The translations under genes were made by a program, and so were the position numbers. Positions 30,672 to 40,620 of a stretch of 64,000 nt of DNA are shown here, one piece after another. The notes beneath the pieces are model-generated. The model made no database searches, was not told the DNA's origin, and saw only the letters and a program-made list of their open reading frames with translations. The first letter of the stretch is position 1. Every line of letters starts with the position of its first letter. The stretch is from Bacilli bacterium (GTDB lineage: Bacteria; Bacillota_I; Bacilli_A; RFN20; DUOF01), in NCBI GenBank assembly GCA_017517765.1, contig JAFWYE010000010.1, positions 2,432 through 66,431 on the forward strand. Direction: 5' to 3'.

Positions 30672-31763
30672 ATGAGTGAGGTAAAATCAATGTATGTGCA
30701 TATACCATTTTGTAAAAGTATTTGTTCATATTGCGATTTTACTAAAGTGTTTTACTCCTTTTTGTATGAAGAAAAATATTTGGATAGTTTAGAAAATGAA
30801 ATAGTAAATGATAATCCAAATAAATGTGATACTATTTATATAGGTGGAGGAACTCCTAGTGTATTATCTTTAAATGGATTAGAGAGATTATTATCTTTTT
30901 TATCTAAGTATTTAGAAAAAGAATATGAGTTTACAATCGAAGTGAATCCAGAAACTATAGATGAAGAAAAGGTTAAACTATTTGCTAAGTATGGAGTAAA
31001 TAGAGTTAGTATTGGGGTAGAATCATTTAGTGAAGAAATGCTAATGTTTTTATCTAGAAAACATAAATATGAAGATATTAAAAGATGTGTAGATTTACTA
31101 AATAAATACAATATCATAAATTATTCATTTGACTTTATATATGGAATAAAAGGTCTGAAAATAAGCCATATCAAAAATGATTTTAAATATATAGATATAC
31201 TAAAACCTAAGCATTTATCTTTTTATAGTCTAATATTAGAGGATAACACCTGTCTTAAAGCACAAAAATATGTAGAAGAAGATGAAGAAGTTGTTGTGGA
31301 TCAATATAATTATATATTTAAAGAATTAGAAAAAAGAGGATTTAATCAATATGAGGTTAGTAACTATTCTCTAGAAGGATATAAATCAAAACATAATTTA
31401 GTGTATTGGAATGCCAAAGAATATTATGGATTTGGATTAGGGGCAAGTGGTTATGTAAATGGAATAAGATATATTAATACTAGAAACTTAACTAAATATT
31501 TACATAAAGAAAATATTAGGATTAAAGAAGAATTATCCTATCAAGATAAAAAAGAAGAGTATATCATGCTTAAGTTAAGACTAAACGAAGGATTTCTATT
31601 AGATGAGTATCAAAATCTATTTAATGAGAATCTATTAGATACTAAAAAAGAGGAAATAAAATCATTGATTGAAAGAAATTTAATAAAAATTGAGGAAAAT
31701 AGAGTAACTCCTACCTATCAAGGTATGTTATTATTAGATACGGTTGTAGTTAAATTAATATAA
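30672..31763 (+). CDS. hemW: Radical SAM heme chaperone HemW
   Basis: HIPFCKSICSYCDF cluster motif. The lepA-hemW-hrcA order is conserved. Confidence 0.85.
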   Translation: MSEVKSMYVHIPFCKSICSYCDFTKVFYSFLYEEKYLDSLENEIVNDNPNKCDTIYIGGGTPSVLSLNGLERLLSFLSKYLEKEYEFTIEVNPETIDEEKVKLFAKYGVNRVSIGVESFSEEMLMFLSRKHKYEDIKRCVDLLNKYNIINYSFDFIYGIKGLKISHIKNDFKYIDILKPKHLSFYSLILEDNTCLKAQKYVEEDEEVVVDQYNYIFKELEKRGFNQYEVSNYSLEGYKSKHNLVYWNAKEYYGFGLGASGYVNGIRYINTRNLTKYLHKENIRIKEELSYQDKKEEYIMLKLRLNEGFLLDEYQNLFNENLLDTKKEEIKSLIERNLIKIEENRVTPTYQGMLLLDTVVVKLI

Positions 31764-31777
31764 AAGGAGGGGAAAGA

Positions 31778-32191
31778 ATGTTAACGCATGAAAGAAAATT
31801 TTTGGCAGCGCTTATTGATATTGCTGTTGTATTAGTACTTACTGTAATATTATATTTATTTGTTCCTAAGCTAGATTATGCTAATACGTTTTTGTTTGCT
31901 CTTATATATGCAATAGTGGCATTCTTATACTTCTTTATATTTATGCTTGTTAGTAAGGATACTACTTTAGGATTAAAAATTATGGAATTAAAGATTTTAA
32001 ATAAAGATTGGAGTAAACCAACACTAAAATCTATTCTTCTAAGAAGTGTTTCATATACAACAATAGTTATATATATATTAAATCTATTATATTTATTTAT
32101 TAATAAAAGTGAAGTTACTTTATTTGATGAATTGAGTGATTCATTTGTGGCTCCTATTGGGGATGCTTATAAGGTGAATAAAAATCAATAA
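31778..32191 (+). CDS. RDD-family membrane protein
   Basis: 137 aa, with the R..A.LID topology of RDD domains and three TM segments. Confidence 0.55.
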   Translation: MLTHERKFLAALIDIAVVLVLTVILYLFVPKLDYANTFLFALIYAIVAFLYFFIFMLVSKDTTLGLKIMELKILNKDWSKPTLKSILLRSVSYTTIVIYILNLLYLFINKSEVTLFDELSDSFVAPIGDAYKVNKNQ

Positions 32192-32208
32192 TATTACATA
32201 TTATTAAA

Positions 32209-32232
32209 GGTATGCATTTGCATACTTTTTTT
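32209..32232 (+). terminator. Rho-independent terminator
   Basis: gtatg / catac stem with a T-run. Confidence 0.55.
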
Positions 32233-32257
32233 ATTAATTTTAATATAAAAATAAATT

Positions 32258-32284
32258 TTAGCACTTTTTTGTTGACTCTGCTAA
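32258..32284 (+). promoter_or_regulatory. Degenerate CIRCE-like element overlapping the -35 box
   Basis: TTAGCACTT-N9-CTCTGCTAA, compared with the consensus TTAGCACTC-N9-GAGTGCTAA. Confidence 0.45.
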
Positions 32285-32299
32285 AAAAGAGCATATAAT
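32272..32299 (+). promoter_or_regulatory. hrcA operon sigma-A promoter
   Basis: TTGACT, 16 nt, TATAAT. Confidence 0.65.
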
Positions 32300-32303
32300 G
32301 AAA

Positions 32304-32330
32304 TTAGCAATTCTAAAACAAGAGTGCTAA
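32304..32330 (+). promoter_or_regulatory. CIRCE operator (HrcA binding site)
   Basis: TTAGCAATT-N9-GAGTGCTAA. The right arm is perfect and the left arm matches 7 of 9 positions. It lies between the -10 box and the hrcA RBS. Confidence 0.85.
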
Positions 32331-32344
32331 AAGAGGTGAAAATA

Positions 32345-33364
32345 GTGGGTCTAACTAGAAAAGATACTATCTTGAAATATATAGTTGAACAATTTGTAAA
32401 GAGTGCTCAACCAGTTGGTAGTAACACTTTACTTGAAATATATAATTTACCTTATTCTAGTGCTACAATTCGTAATGATATGCTAGAACTTGAAAATATG
32501 GGAATGCTAGAAAAAACTCATACTTCTAGTGGCAGAGTTCCTAGCGCAAAGGGTTATAGATATTACATTGATCATCTAAGAGAAGAATTTAATGATGAAG
32601 AAAATTATGGCAAGCTTAGAAGATTAGTTAATGATTCTACAAGCCATGTTAGTGATGTTTTAAGACATAGTTGTGCGATTTTAAGTGAAATGACTTCGCT
32701 TACTACAATAATGCTTGGTCCTGATGAACTTGGGGAATTATTATCTCAAATTCAATTAATACCAATTAATACTAATAGTGCTGTATGTATATTCATAACT
32801 AGTAATGGTCATGTAGAGCATAAAACATTCAATGTCCCTAATGGCATTGATGCAAAGGACTTAGAAAAGTGTGTTCAAATATTAAATGATAGACTTGTTG
32901 GTACTCCACTTTATGGATTGGTAGAAAAAATGGTAACATTAAAACCTGTCTTGTCGCTTCAAATTGAAAAATATGAATTGCTAATTGCGGCATTTAAAGA
33001 CTTATTTAAAGATATGTCTAATGAGAAAGCAAGTGCTTGGGGAACTACACATTTGTTTAACCAACCCGAGTATAGTACTGATATAGAAAAACTAAAGAAT
33101 GCAGTTAAACTTATTGAGACTAATAGTGTTTGGAAGTTTATTGGAAATGAAGGAAAAGGAAAAATAAATGTTCAAATTGGTGTTGATGATGAGTTTAATG
33201 ATATGAGTGTTGTAAGTGTTGATGTAAATGTTCGAGGAAAAGAAGAAGCTAAAATTGCTCTTGTTGGTCCTAAAAGAATGGACTACTCTAAAGTTATTGG
33301 AATTATGGAATATTTATTATCGCAACTAGATGAAGCTTATGGGGAGGAAAATGAAGATGAGTGA
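32345..33364 (+). CDS. hrcA: Heat-inducible transcription repressor HrcA
   Basis: GTG 32345 follows the RBS AAGAGGTG. SNTLLE...PYSSATIRNDMLELENMGMLEKTHTSSGRVPS. The upstream part of the tracked ORF overlaps CIRCE. Confidence 0.9.
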   Translation: MGLTRKDTILKYIVEQFVKSAQPVGSNTLLEIYNLPYSSATIRNDMLELENMGMLEKTHTSSGRVPSAKGYRYYIDHLREEFNDEENYGKLRRLVNDSTSHVSDVLRHSCAILSEMTSLTTIMLGPDELGELLSQIQLIPINTNSAVCIFITSNGHVEHKTFNVPNGIDAKDLEKCVQILNDRLVGTPLYGLVEKMVTLKPVLSLQIEKYELLIAAFKDLFKDMSNEKASAWGTTHLFNQPEYSTDIEKLKNAVKLIETNSVWKFIGNEGKGKINVQIGVDDEFNDMSVVSVDVNVRGKEEAKIALVGPKRMDYSKVIGIMEYLLSQLDEAYGEENEDE

Positions 33365-33950
33365 TGAAACACTACAAGAAGAACTAGAAGAAGCTACTAG
33401 TGAAGAAGTTAAAGATAAGAAAAAGAAAAAAGAAAAGAAAAAGGATATAGTAAGTGAACTTGAGGACAAGTGTGCTGAACTAAATGAAAAATATTTATAT
33501 GCCTTAGCACAAATGAGGGACTTACATAAAACATATGAAAAAGAAAATGCTATTGCAGTTAAGTATGTTACCTATGATTTAATGGAAGAGTTACTTCCTA
33601 TAGTAGATATCTTTGGAATGGTGCTTGAAAATACAAATGTTCCAGATGAGGTTAAAGCATATTTTAAAGGATTTGAATTAGTATTTAATCAATTTAAGCA
33701 AGTTATGGATAACCATGGTGTGGTTGAGATTGTAACTAATAAAGGAGACAAGTTTGATCACAATGTACATAATGGAGTAGAAAAAGTAGAAATTGAGGAA
33801 GGCGAACATGATACAATCGCTGAAGTATTACAAAAAGGGTATAGAATTGGGGACAAGATTCTAAGACCTGTATCAGTTAAAGTTTACAGTTTAAAGGAAA
33901 CTAATGTTGAACAAGAAACTGCCGAAGTTAGTGAAGATAAGGGGGAATAA
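33351..33950 (+). CDS. grpE: Nucleotide exchange factor GrpE
   Basis: Acidic and Lys-rich N-terminus, then the GrpE core (FDHNVHNGV...GYRIGDKILRPV.V.V). The start is 33351 or 33357, after the RBS GGGGAGG. Confidence 0.9.
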   Translation: MKMSDETLQEELEEATSEEVKDKKKKKEKKKDIVSELEDKCAELNEKYLYALAQMRDLHKTYEKENAIAVKYVTYDLMEELLPIVDIFGMVLENTNVPDEVKAYFKGFELVFNQFKQVMDNHGVVEIVTNKGDKFDHNVHNGVEKVEIEEGEHDTIAEVLQKGYRIGDKILRPVSVKVYSLKETNVEQETAEVSEDKGE

Positions 33951-35786
<1,836 letters not shown>

Positions 35787-35808
35787 TTAAATATTAGGGA
35801 GGGGTATT

Positions 35809-36957
35809 ATGGCACAAAATAAAAGAGACTATTATGAAGTCTTGGGTATAGATAAAAGTGCGGATCAAGATACAATAAAGAAAGCATATAGAACACTTGC
35901 TAAAAAATACCACCCTGATATTAATAAATCTGAGGATGCAGTAGAAAAATTTAAAGAAGTACAAGAGGCTTATGAAATATTAAGTGATGAGAATAAAAAA
36001 TCTCTGTATGATCGTTATGGTCATGCAGGGGTTGATCCTCAAGCTAATGGTGGCTTTGGTGCTGGTGGATTCGGTGGAGCCAATGGTTTTAATTTCGGCG
36101 AATTCGATATGGGAGATATTTTCTCTTCTTTCTTTGGGGGAAGAGGTGCATCTCAGGGCGCTAGACGAACTTCACCTATGCAAGGAGAAGATAAATATCT
36201 TCAAATGGAAATTGACTTCTTAGAGGCGGCTTTTGGATGTAAAAAAGTTATTGCTTTAAATGTTGATGAACGTTGTAACGAGTGTAAGGGAACTGGTGCT
36301 AAAAATGGTACTGAGTTTGAAACTTGTCCTGATTGTCATGGTCATGGTAGTGTAAGAACACAACAAAGAACAATGTTTGGTGTATTTGAAACAACAACTA
36401 CATGTCCAAAATGTAATGGTAAAGGTAAAGTTATAAAAACTAAATGTGATGCATGTCATGGAGAAGGATATAACAGAAGAAAGGTTAATGTTGATGTAAA
36501 TGTACCTGCGGGTATAAATTCTGGACAACAACTTAGAATTGCTGGTAAGGGTGAAAGAGGAATTAATGGAGGTCCTAATGGGGATTTATATATCGAAATT
36601 CTTGTTTCAAACCATAAGCATTTTACTAGAAAAGGTACTGATATATACGTGACAATTCCTATATCATATGTCGATGCTGTTCTTGGATGTAAGATAGATG
36701 TTCCTACAATTCATGGTGATGTAAGTGTTGAGGTGCCATCTGGTATTCAAAATGCACAACAACTTAGAATTAAAGGTAAGGGTATAAAAGACTTAAGAAG
36801 CAATTCGATTGGTGATGAATATATAATTTTGGATATCAAAGTTCCTACTAAGTTATCTAAAGATGAAAAAGAATTATATAAAAAGCTTAAAGGAATTGAA
36901 GAAAAGCAAGGAGATAGTATCTTTGCAAAGTTTAAAAAAGCATTTAAATTAAAATAA
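35809..36957 (+). CDS. dnaJ: Molecular chaperone DnaJ
   Basis: J domain with HPD, a G/F region and four CxxCxGxG repeats. Confidence 0.97.
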   Translation: MAQNKRDYYEVLGIDKSADQDTIKKAYRTLAKKYHPDINKSEDAVEKFKEVQEAYEILSDENKKSLYDRYGHAGVDPQANGGFGAGGFGGANGFNFGEFDMGDIFSSFFGGRGASQGARRTSPMQGEDKYLQMEIDFLEAAFGCKKVIALNVDERCNECKGTGAKNGTEFETCPDCHGHGSVRTQQRTMFGVFETTTTCPKCNGKGKVIKTKCDACHGEGYNRRKVNVDVNVPAGINSGQQLRIAGKGERGINGGPNGDLYIEILVSNHKHFTRKGTDIYVTIPISYVDAVLGCKIDVPTIHGDVSVEVPSGIQNAQQLRIKGKGIKDLRSNSIGDEYIILDIKVPTKLSKDEKELYKKLKGIEEKQGDSIFAKFKKAFKLK

Positions 36958-36986
36958 GAGTTGAGTTTACTTAACTCTTTTTTTTC
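36956..36986 (+). terminator. Rho-independent terminator after dnaJ
   Basis: 10-bp stem aagagttgag / cttaactctt, loop ttta, 8-T run. Confidence 0.8.
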
Positions 36987-37105
36987 TTATTAGTATAATA
37001 AGAATATGTAGTTAATTGTAAAAAATTGTAAATCAGTGTTATTTTTTTAAAATTATAAGTTAATTTATGGTTTAAAATAACAATCTTTTTAAAAGAAAAG
37101 TTCAA

Positions 37106-37137
37106 TTATTGATTTAACAATCAATAAAAAGTATATT
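37106..37137 (+). promoter_or_regulatory. Candidate promoter plus inverted-repeat operator upstream of the four-gene cluster
   Basis: The inverted repeat ttattgat-N6-atcaataa (37106-37127) overlaps a -35 TTGATT (37109-37114). A 17-nt spacer leads to the -10 TATATT (37132-37137). Confidence 0.35.
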
Positions 37138-37146
37138 GGAATATAG

Positions 37147-37857
37147 GTGGAGGGGATTAGTATTAGTAAGAGATATTATTGGAAGAAAATCAGAGTGGCA
37201 TTGCTAATTCTAGCTTTTGCTATTACTTGGTTTTTACTTGTCCTTGCAATTAATGACAATACAAATGGTAATATGACTATTTATGTAGATAAAACTACTG
37301 CTAAAAAAACGCTTAGTTTATCTGAGTCTAGTCAGCTTACTGATCCAACAGGATTATTATATGGTCCATCAATGACTGGGGCTTGGGATCAAGATCCAGG
37401 TGCATTACCAGATTATTCGGATTTAATTGATGGAGACCAAAGTAGATTTGATGGTGCAATTTATGATTCTAGCCCTTCTGTAAATAAATATGTTGGTCAA
37501 AATTATTTGGCTTACACTTTCTATTTGTTTAATAGTGGTAGCGAGTCACTTGATTATTCTATGAAATTTAATATAGAACATGAAGAAAAATCTTTAGGAG
37601 ATGCCATTAGAGTTAGAGTATATGAAGATAGCGAAATTCCTACAACATATGGAAGAGAAGATTCTAGAGCAAGTGACGTATTTACTAATTTTGAAAATTC
37701 TACAACTATATTTACTAGAAACTATGAGGATTTTGAGGTGAATCAAGTCAGAAAATATAGTATTGTAATTTGGATTGATAAAAATGACATAGATACAACT
37801 AATGAAAAGATTGGTGGATCAATTAACTTGTCTATCCAATTTACGGTTACAGGATAG
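37147..37857 (+). CDS. Cluster gene A: signal-anchored or secreted protein (236 aa), paralog of gene B, possibly a TasA/camelysin-like beta-sandwich
   Basis: Basic n-region KRYYWKKIR plus a hydrophobic segment VALLILAFAITWFLLVLAI. The C-terminal motif is KYSIVIWIDKNDIDTTNEKIGGSINLSIQFTV. The start is uncertain because the GTG at 37147 lies inside an SD-like AGGTGGAGGGG. Confidence 0.6.
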   Translation: MEGISISKRYYWKKIRVALLILAFAITWFLLVLAINDNTNGNMTIYVDKTTAKKTLSLSESSQLTDPTGLLYGPSMTGAWDQDPGALPDYSDLIDGDQSRFDGAIYDSSPSVNKYVGQNYLAYTFYLFNSGSESLDYSMKFNIEHEEKSLGDAIRVRVYEDSEIPTTYGREDSRASDVFTNFENSTTIFTRNYEDFEVNQVRKYSIVIWIDKNDIDTTNEKIGGSINLSIQFTVTG

Positions 37858-37870
37858 GGGAGTGAGTGAT

Positions 37871-38698
37871 ATGAATTTTTTGAAAAAGTTATCTCTCTAT
37901 ATATGTATATTTGTTTTGACTATTAGTGTTTCATCTGTTGTTTATGCTGGGTTTACTAGACAATATACTCCTCAAGTAAAATCGTTTGGTATTACTGTAG
38001 CAACTCAAGAAAACATGCTTATCTCTACAACAGGAGATCCTTCAACATTTGCTGATATGGTTCAATTTTCTGATTTGGTTTCTAGTACAGATACTAATAT
38101 CCAACCATTAGAAGCAACAATTGAAGAAACTGGTAATGATTATACTAATCTTATTTTGAAAGATGGCGGAGGAAATACGGTATATACAAGTAAAACATCT
38201 GATGATAACGTTAATGTTAATGAAAAATATATAGAATTCAATTTGTATTTTATTGGAAGTAGCGATATGAATTTATATCTAGGGAATGATAGTGTTAGAA
38301 ACATTATTACATTAGATGAAAGTTCTACTGCTAATTTGAGTTTTACTGCAACTCAAAAGCAAACTTTATTATCTAGTATGAGAATAGCATTTCTAACATA
38401 TGCTACAACTTATCCTGAAGATTATACTGGTATTAATATAAGATATAGCGATTCGCCTGTATCTGCAAATATTTACTCAGTTTCTGCAACTGGAGATACA
38501 TATGAAGATTATATGTTTACTGAAGTTGGATATAACACAACTACTAGAGAAGGAACTATACTTGCTGAAACAATAAAAAATGAAACAACAAAGATAAAAG
38601 TTGTTATTTGGCTTGAAGGTGCCAATTTGGATACATCAATACTTAGCGCAATTGCTGATTTGAAATTTAATATAGCATTTCAAGCTGTTAAAGTTTAG
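37871..38698 (+). CDS. Cluster gene B: secreted protein (275 aa), paralog of gene A
   Basis: The ATG follows the RBS GGGGAG. The signal peptide MNFLKKLSLYICIFVLTISVSSVVYAGFT ends like SipW/TasA-type signal peptides. The C-terminal motif KIKVVIWLEGANLDTSILSAIADLKFNIAFQAV aligns with that of gene A. Confidence 0.65.
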   Translation: MNFLKKLSLYICIFVLTISVSSVVYAGFTRQYTPQVKSFGITVATQENMLISTTGDPSTFADMVQFSDLVSSTDTNIQPLEATIEETGNDYTNLILKDGGGNTVYTSKTSDDNVNVNEKYIEFNLYFIGSSDMNLYLGNDSVRNIITLDESSTANLSFTATQKQTLLSSMRIAFLTYATTYPEDYTGINIRYSDSPVSANIYSVSATGDTYEDYMFTEVGYNTTTREGTILAETIKNETTKIKVVIWLEGANLDTSILSAIADLKFNIAFQAVKV

Positions 38699-38712
38699 AA
38701 GGGAGAATAGAT

Positions 38713-40599
38713 ATGTCTGGATTTACAAAATTTTTTGGAAGAATAATGTCGGTTTTATGGAAAGATATCATAGCTTTCTTTAAGAGCATATTTGATTTTA
38801 TTGTAGGTATATTTCAAAAACTTATTAGTGATTTTTCTTACTATAAGTCAGTTTTTGATTTATATTCACAAGATTTCGATGCTTTAGGATGGATATTATT
38901 TGTTTTATCTATTTTATTAGTTTTAGGTTTATTTGCTCTTTTAGTTTGGGGTATCTATAAGATAAGTAAAAGAAGGTACGTTGCTAAAAGAAAAGTTAAA
39001 GATAAAATTGTTCTTTTAAGAGAAATAGATAAGTTAAATAATAAAGTTATTGACTTGATGGATCAAAGAAGCCAATTATTAGCATTAAAAACAGCTGAAC
39101 TTGGGTATGCTCCAACTAAAGAGGATTTAAAGAAAATTGAAGCAGCTAGAAAAAGAGCACAAGAAGCAATTGATAATCCTGAAGAAAATAAGTATGTTGG
39201 ATTTAAATTTAAAACAACTAAGAAAGGTGCCCCTGTATTTGATAAAAGAGGATTACCTGTTATTGAGCTTGAATATAAGCTTGGAGAAGATGGAAAACCT
39301 TTATTAGATGAAAATAAAAAACCTATACCTTTAATTGAATTTAAAACAGATAAAAAAGGTAAAATTTTATTTGATGCTAATGGATTACCAATTCCTGTTG
39401 ATCCAGTTGCTGCAGAAAATCAAATTGAAGCAGATAAAGCACTTGAAGGTGAAGGAAATCAAGAAGTTGGTGAAGATGGAGAAGCAATTCCTAGTGACTT
39501 AATTGCTAAAGCTAGATTCCCTAAACTTATTCGTATTGACTGGGACTATAGAAACTATGAATTTCCTGGTATGACAGAAGAAGATAAAAAGATGAATTTA
39601 AAAGAACTTGTAGATCGTTTTAGAAATTTCGCTGCAGGAAAATTACATCTATACTATAGTTTTAGAACTTTAGCATTATTCTTCTCTGGAATGGGAACAA
39701 CAAGATTTGCTATTCTTGAGGGTATCTCAGGTACAGGTAAAACTTCACTTCCATATGCATTTGGTAAATTCTTTAGAAATAGAAGTCCTATCGTTGCTGT
39801 TCAACCTTCATGGAAGGATAGATCAGAACTTATTGGATATCTAAATGAGTTTACTAAGAAGTTTAATGAATCTGTTTTCCTTGAAGAATTATATAAAATT
39901 GCTAAGCAAAAGGACCCACATATTTTGGTTCTAGACGAAATGAACTTGGCTCGTATTGAGTATTATTTCGCTGACTTCCTATCTATCATGGAAATGCCTA
40001 GTATGGATGAATGGATTATTGAAATTGTTAATACTGACCTTGAAGGTGACCCTGTGTTACTAGACCATGGTAAGTTCCTTATTCCAAAGAATGTTTGGTT
40101 CCTTGGAACAGCTAATAACGATGACTCTACATTCTCAATTACAGATAAGGTTTATGACCGTGCTATGAGTATGTCACTTAATAAAAAGACTGAAGTATTC
40201 GAACCTGAATGGGATGCAGATAGTATGTATATGGACAATGAGTTCTTTGTACAACTATTTGAAGATGCTAAAGCTAAATATTCAATTAGTGAAGAGGCTT
40301 TATCTAAGTTAGCTGCAATTGATAAATATATGGTACAAAACTTCAAGATTTCTTTCGGTAACCGTATCATGAAACAATTCAGATTATTTGTTCCTTGTTA
40401 TATTGGTTGTGGAGGAGAAGAATATGATGCGCTAGACCACCTTATTACACGTAAGATTTTACATAAACTAGAAGCATTGAATATTTCATTCATTAAGAAT
40501 GAATTAAAAGGATTAATTGTAGAAATTAATAAACAATTTGGAAAAGATGCATTTAGCGATGCAAAAGAATATATTAATGACTTATTGAAACAAGTATAA
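38713..40599 (+). CDS. Cluster gene C: membrane-anchored McrB-family AAA+ NTPase (628 aa)
   Basis: TM segment at aa 57-82, followed by a basic cluster. Next come a coiled coil, three 20-aa repeats, and Walker A GISGTGKT (39721-39744). Walker B and the McrB signature read LVLDEMNLARIEYYFADFLSIME (compare E. coli McrB DEINRANLSKVFGEVMMLME). GTANNDDST corresponds to GTMNTADRS. Confidence 0.7.
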   Translation: MSGFTKFFGRIMSVLWKDIIAFFKSIFDFIVGIFQKLISDFSYYKSVFDLYSQDFDALGWILFVLSILLVLGLFALLVWGIYKISKRRYVAKRKVKDKIVLLREIDKLNNKVIDLMDQRSQLLALKTAELGYAPTKEDLKKIEAARKRAQEAIDNPEENKYVGFKFKTTKKGAPVFDKRGLPVIELEYKLGEDGKPLLDENKKPIPLIEFKTDKKGKILFDANGLPIPVDPVAAENQIEADKALEGEGNQEVGEDGEAIPSDLIAKARFPKLIRIDWDYRNYEFPGMTEEDKKMNLKELVDRFRNFAAGKLHLYYSFRTLALFFSGMGTTRFAILEGISGTGKTSLPYAFGKFFRNRSPIVAVQPSWKDRSELIGYLNEFTKKFNESVFLEELYKIAKQKDPHILVLDEMNLARIEYYFADFLSIMEMPSMDEWIIEIVNTDLEGDPVLLDHGKFLIPKNVWFLGTANNDDSTFSITDKVYDRAMSMSLNKKTEVFEPEWDADSMYMDNEFFVQLFEDAKAKYSISEEALSKLAAIDKYMVQNFKISFGNRIMKQFRLFVPCYIGCGGEEYDALDHLITRKILHKLEALNISFIKNELKGLIVEINKQFGKDAFSDAKEYINDLLKQV

Positions 40600-40620
40600 T
40601 TAACAGTTAGGAGTGTTATA

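Noticed and set aside
37802-37870. Upstream extension of gene B overlapping gene A by 56 nt
   Set aside because: The extension (MKRLVDQLTCLSNLRLQDRGVSD) precedes a textbook signal peptide that starts at ATG 37871 with its own RBS. The overlap is unnecessary.
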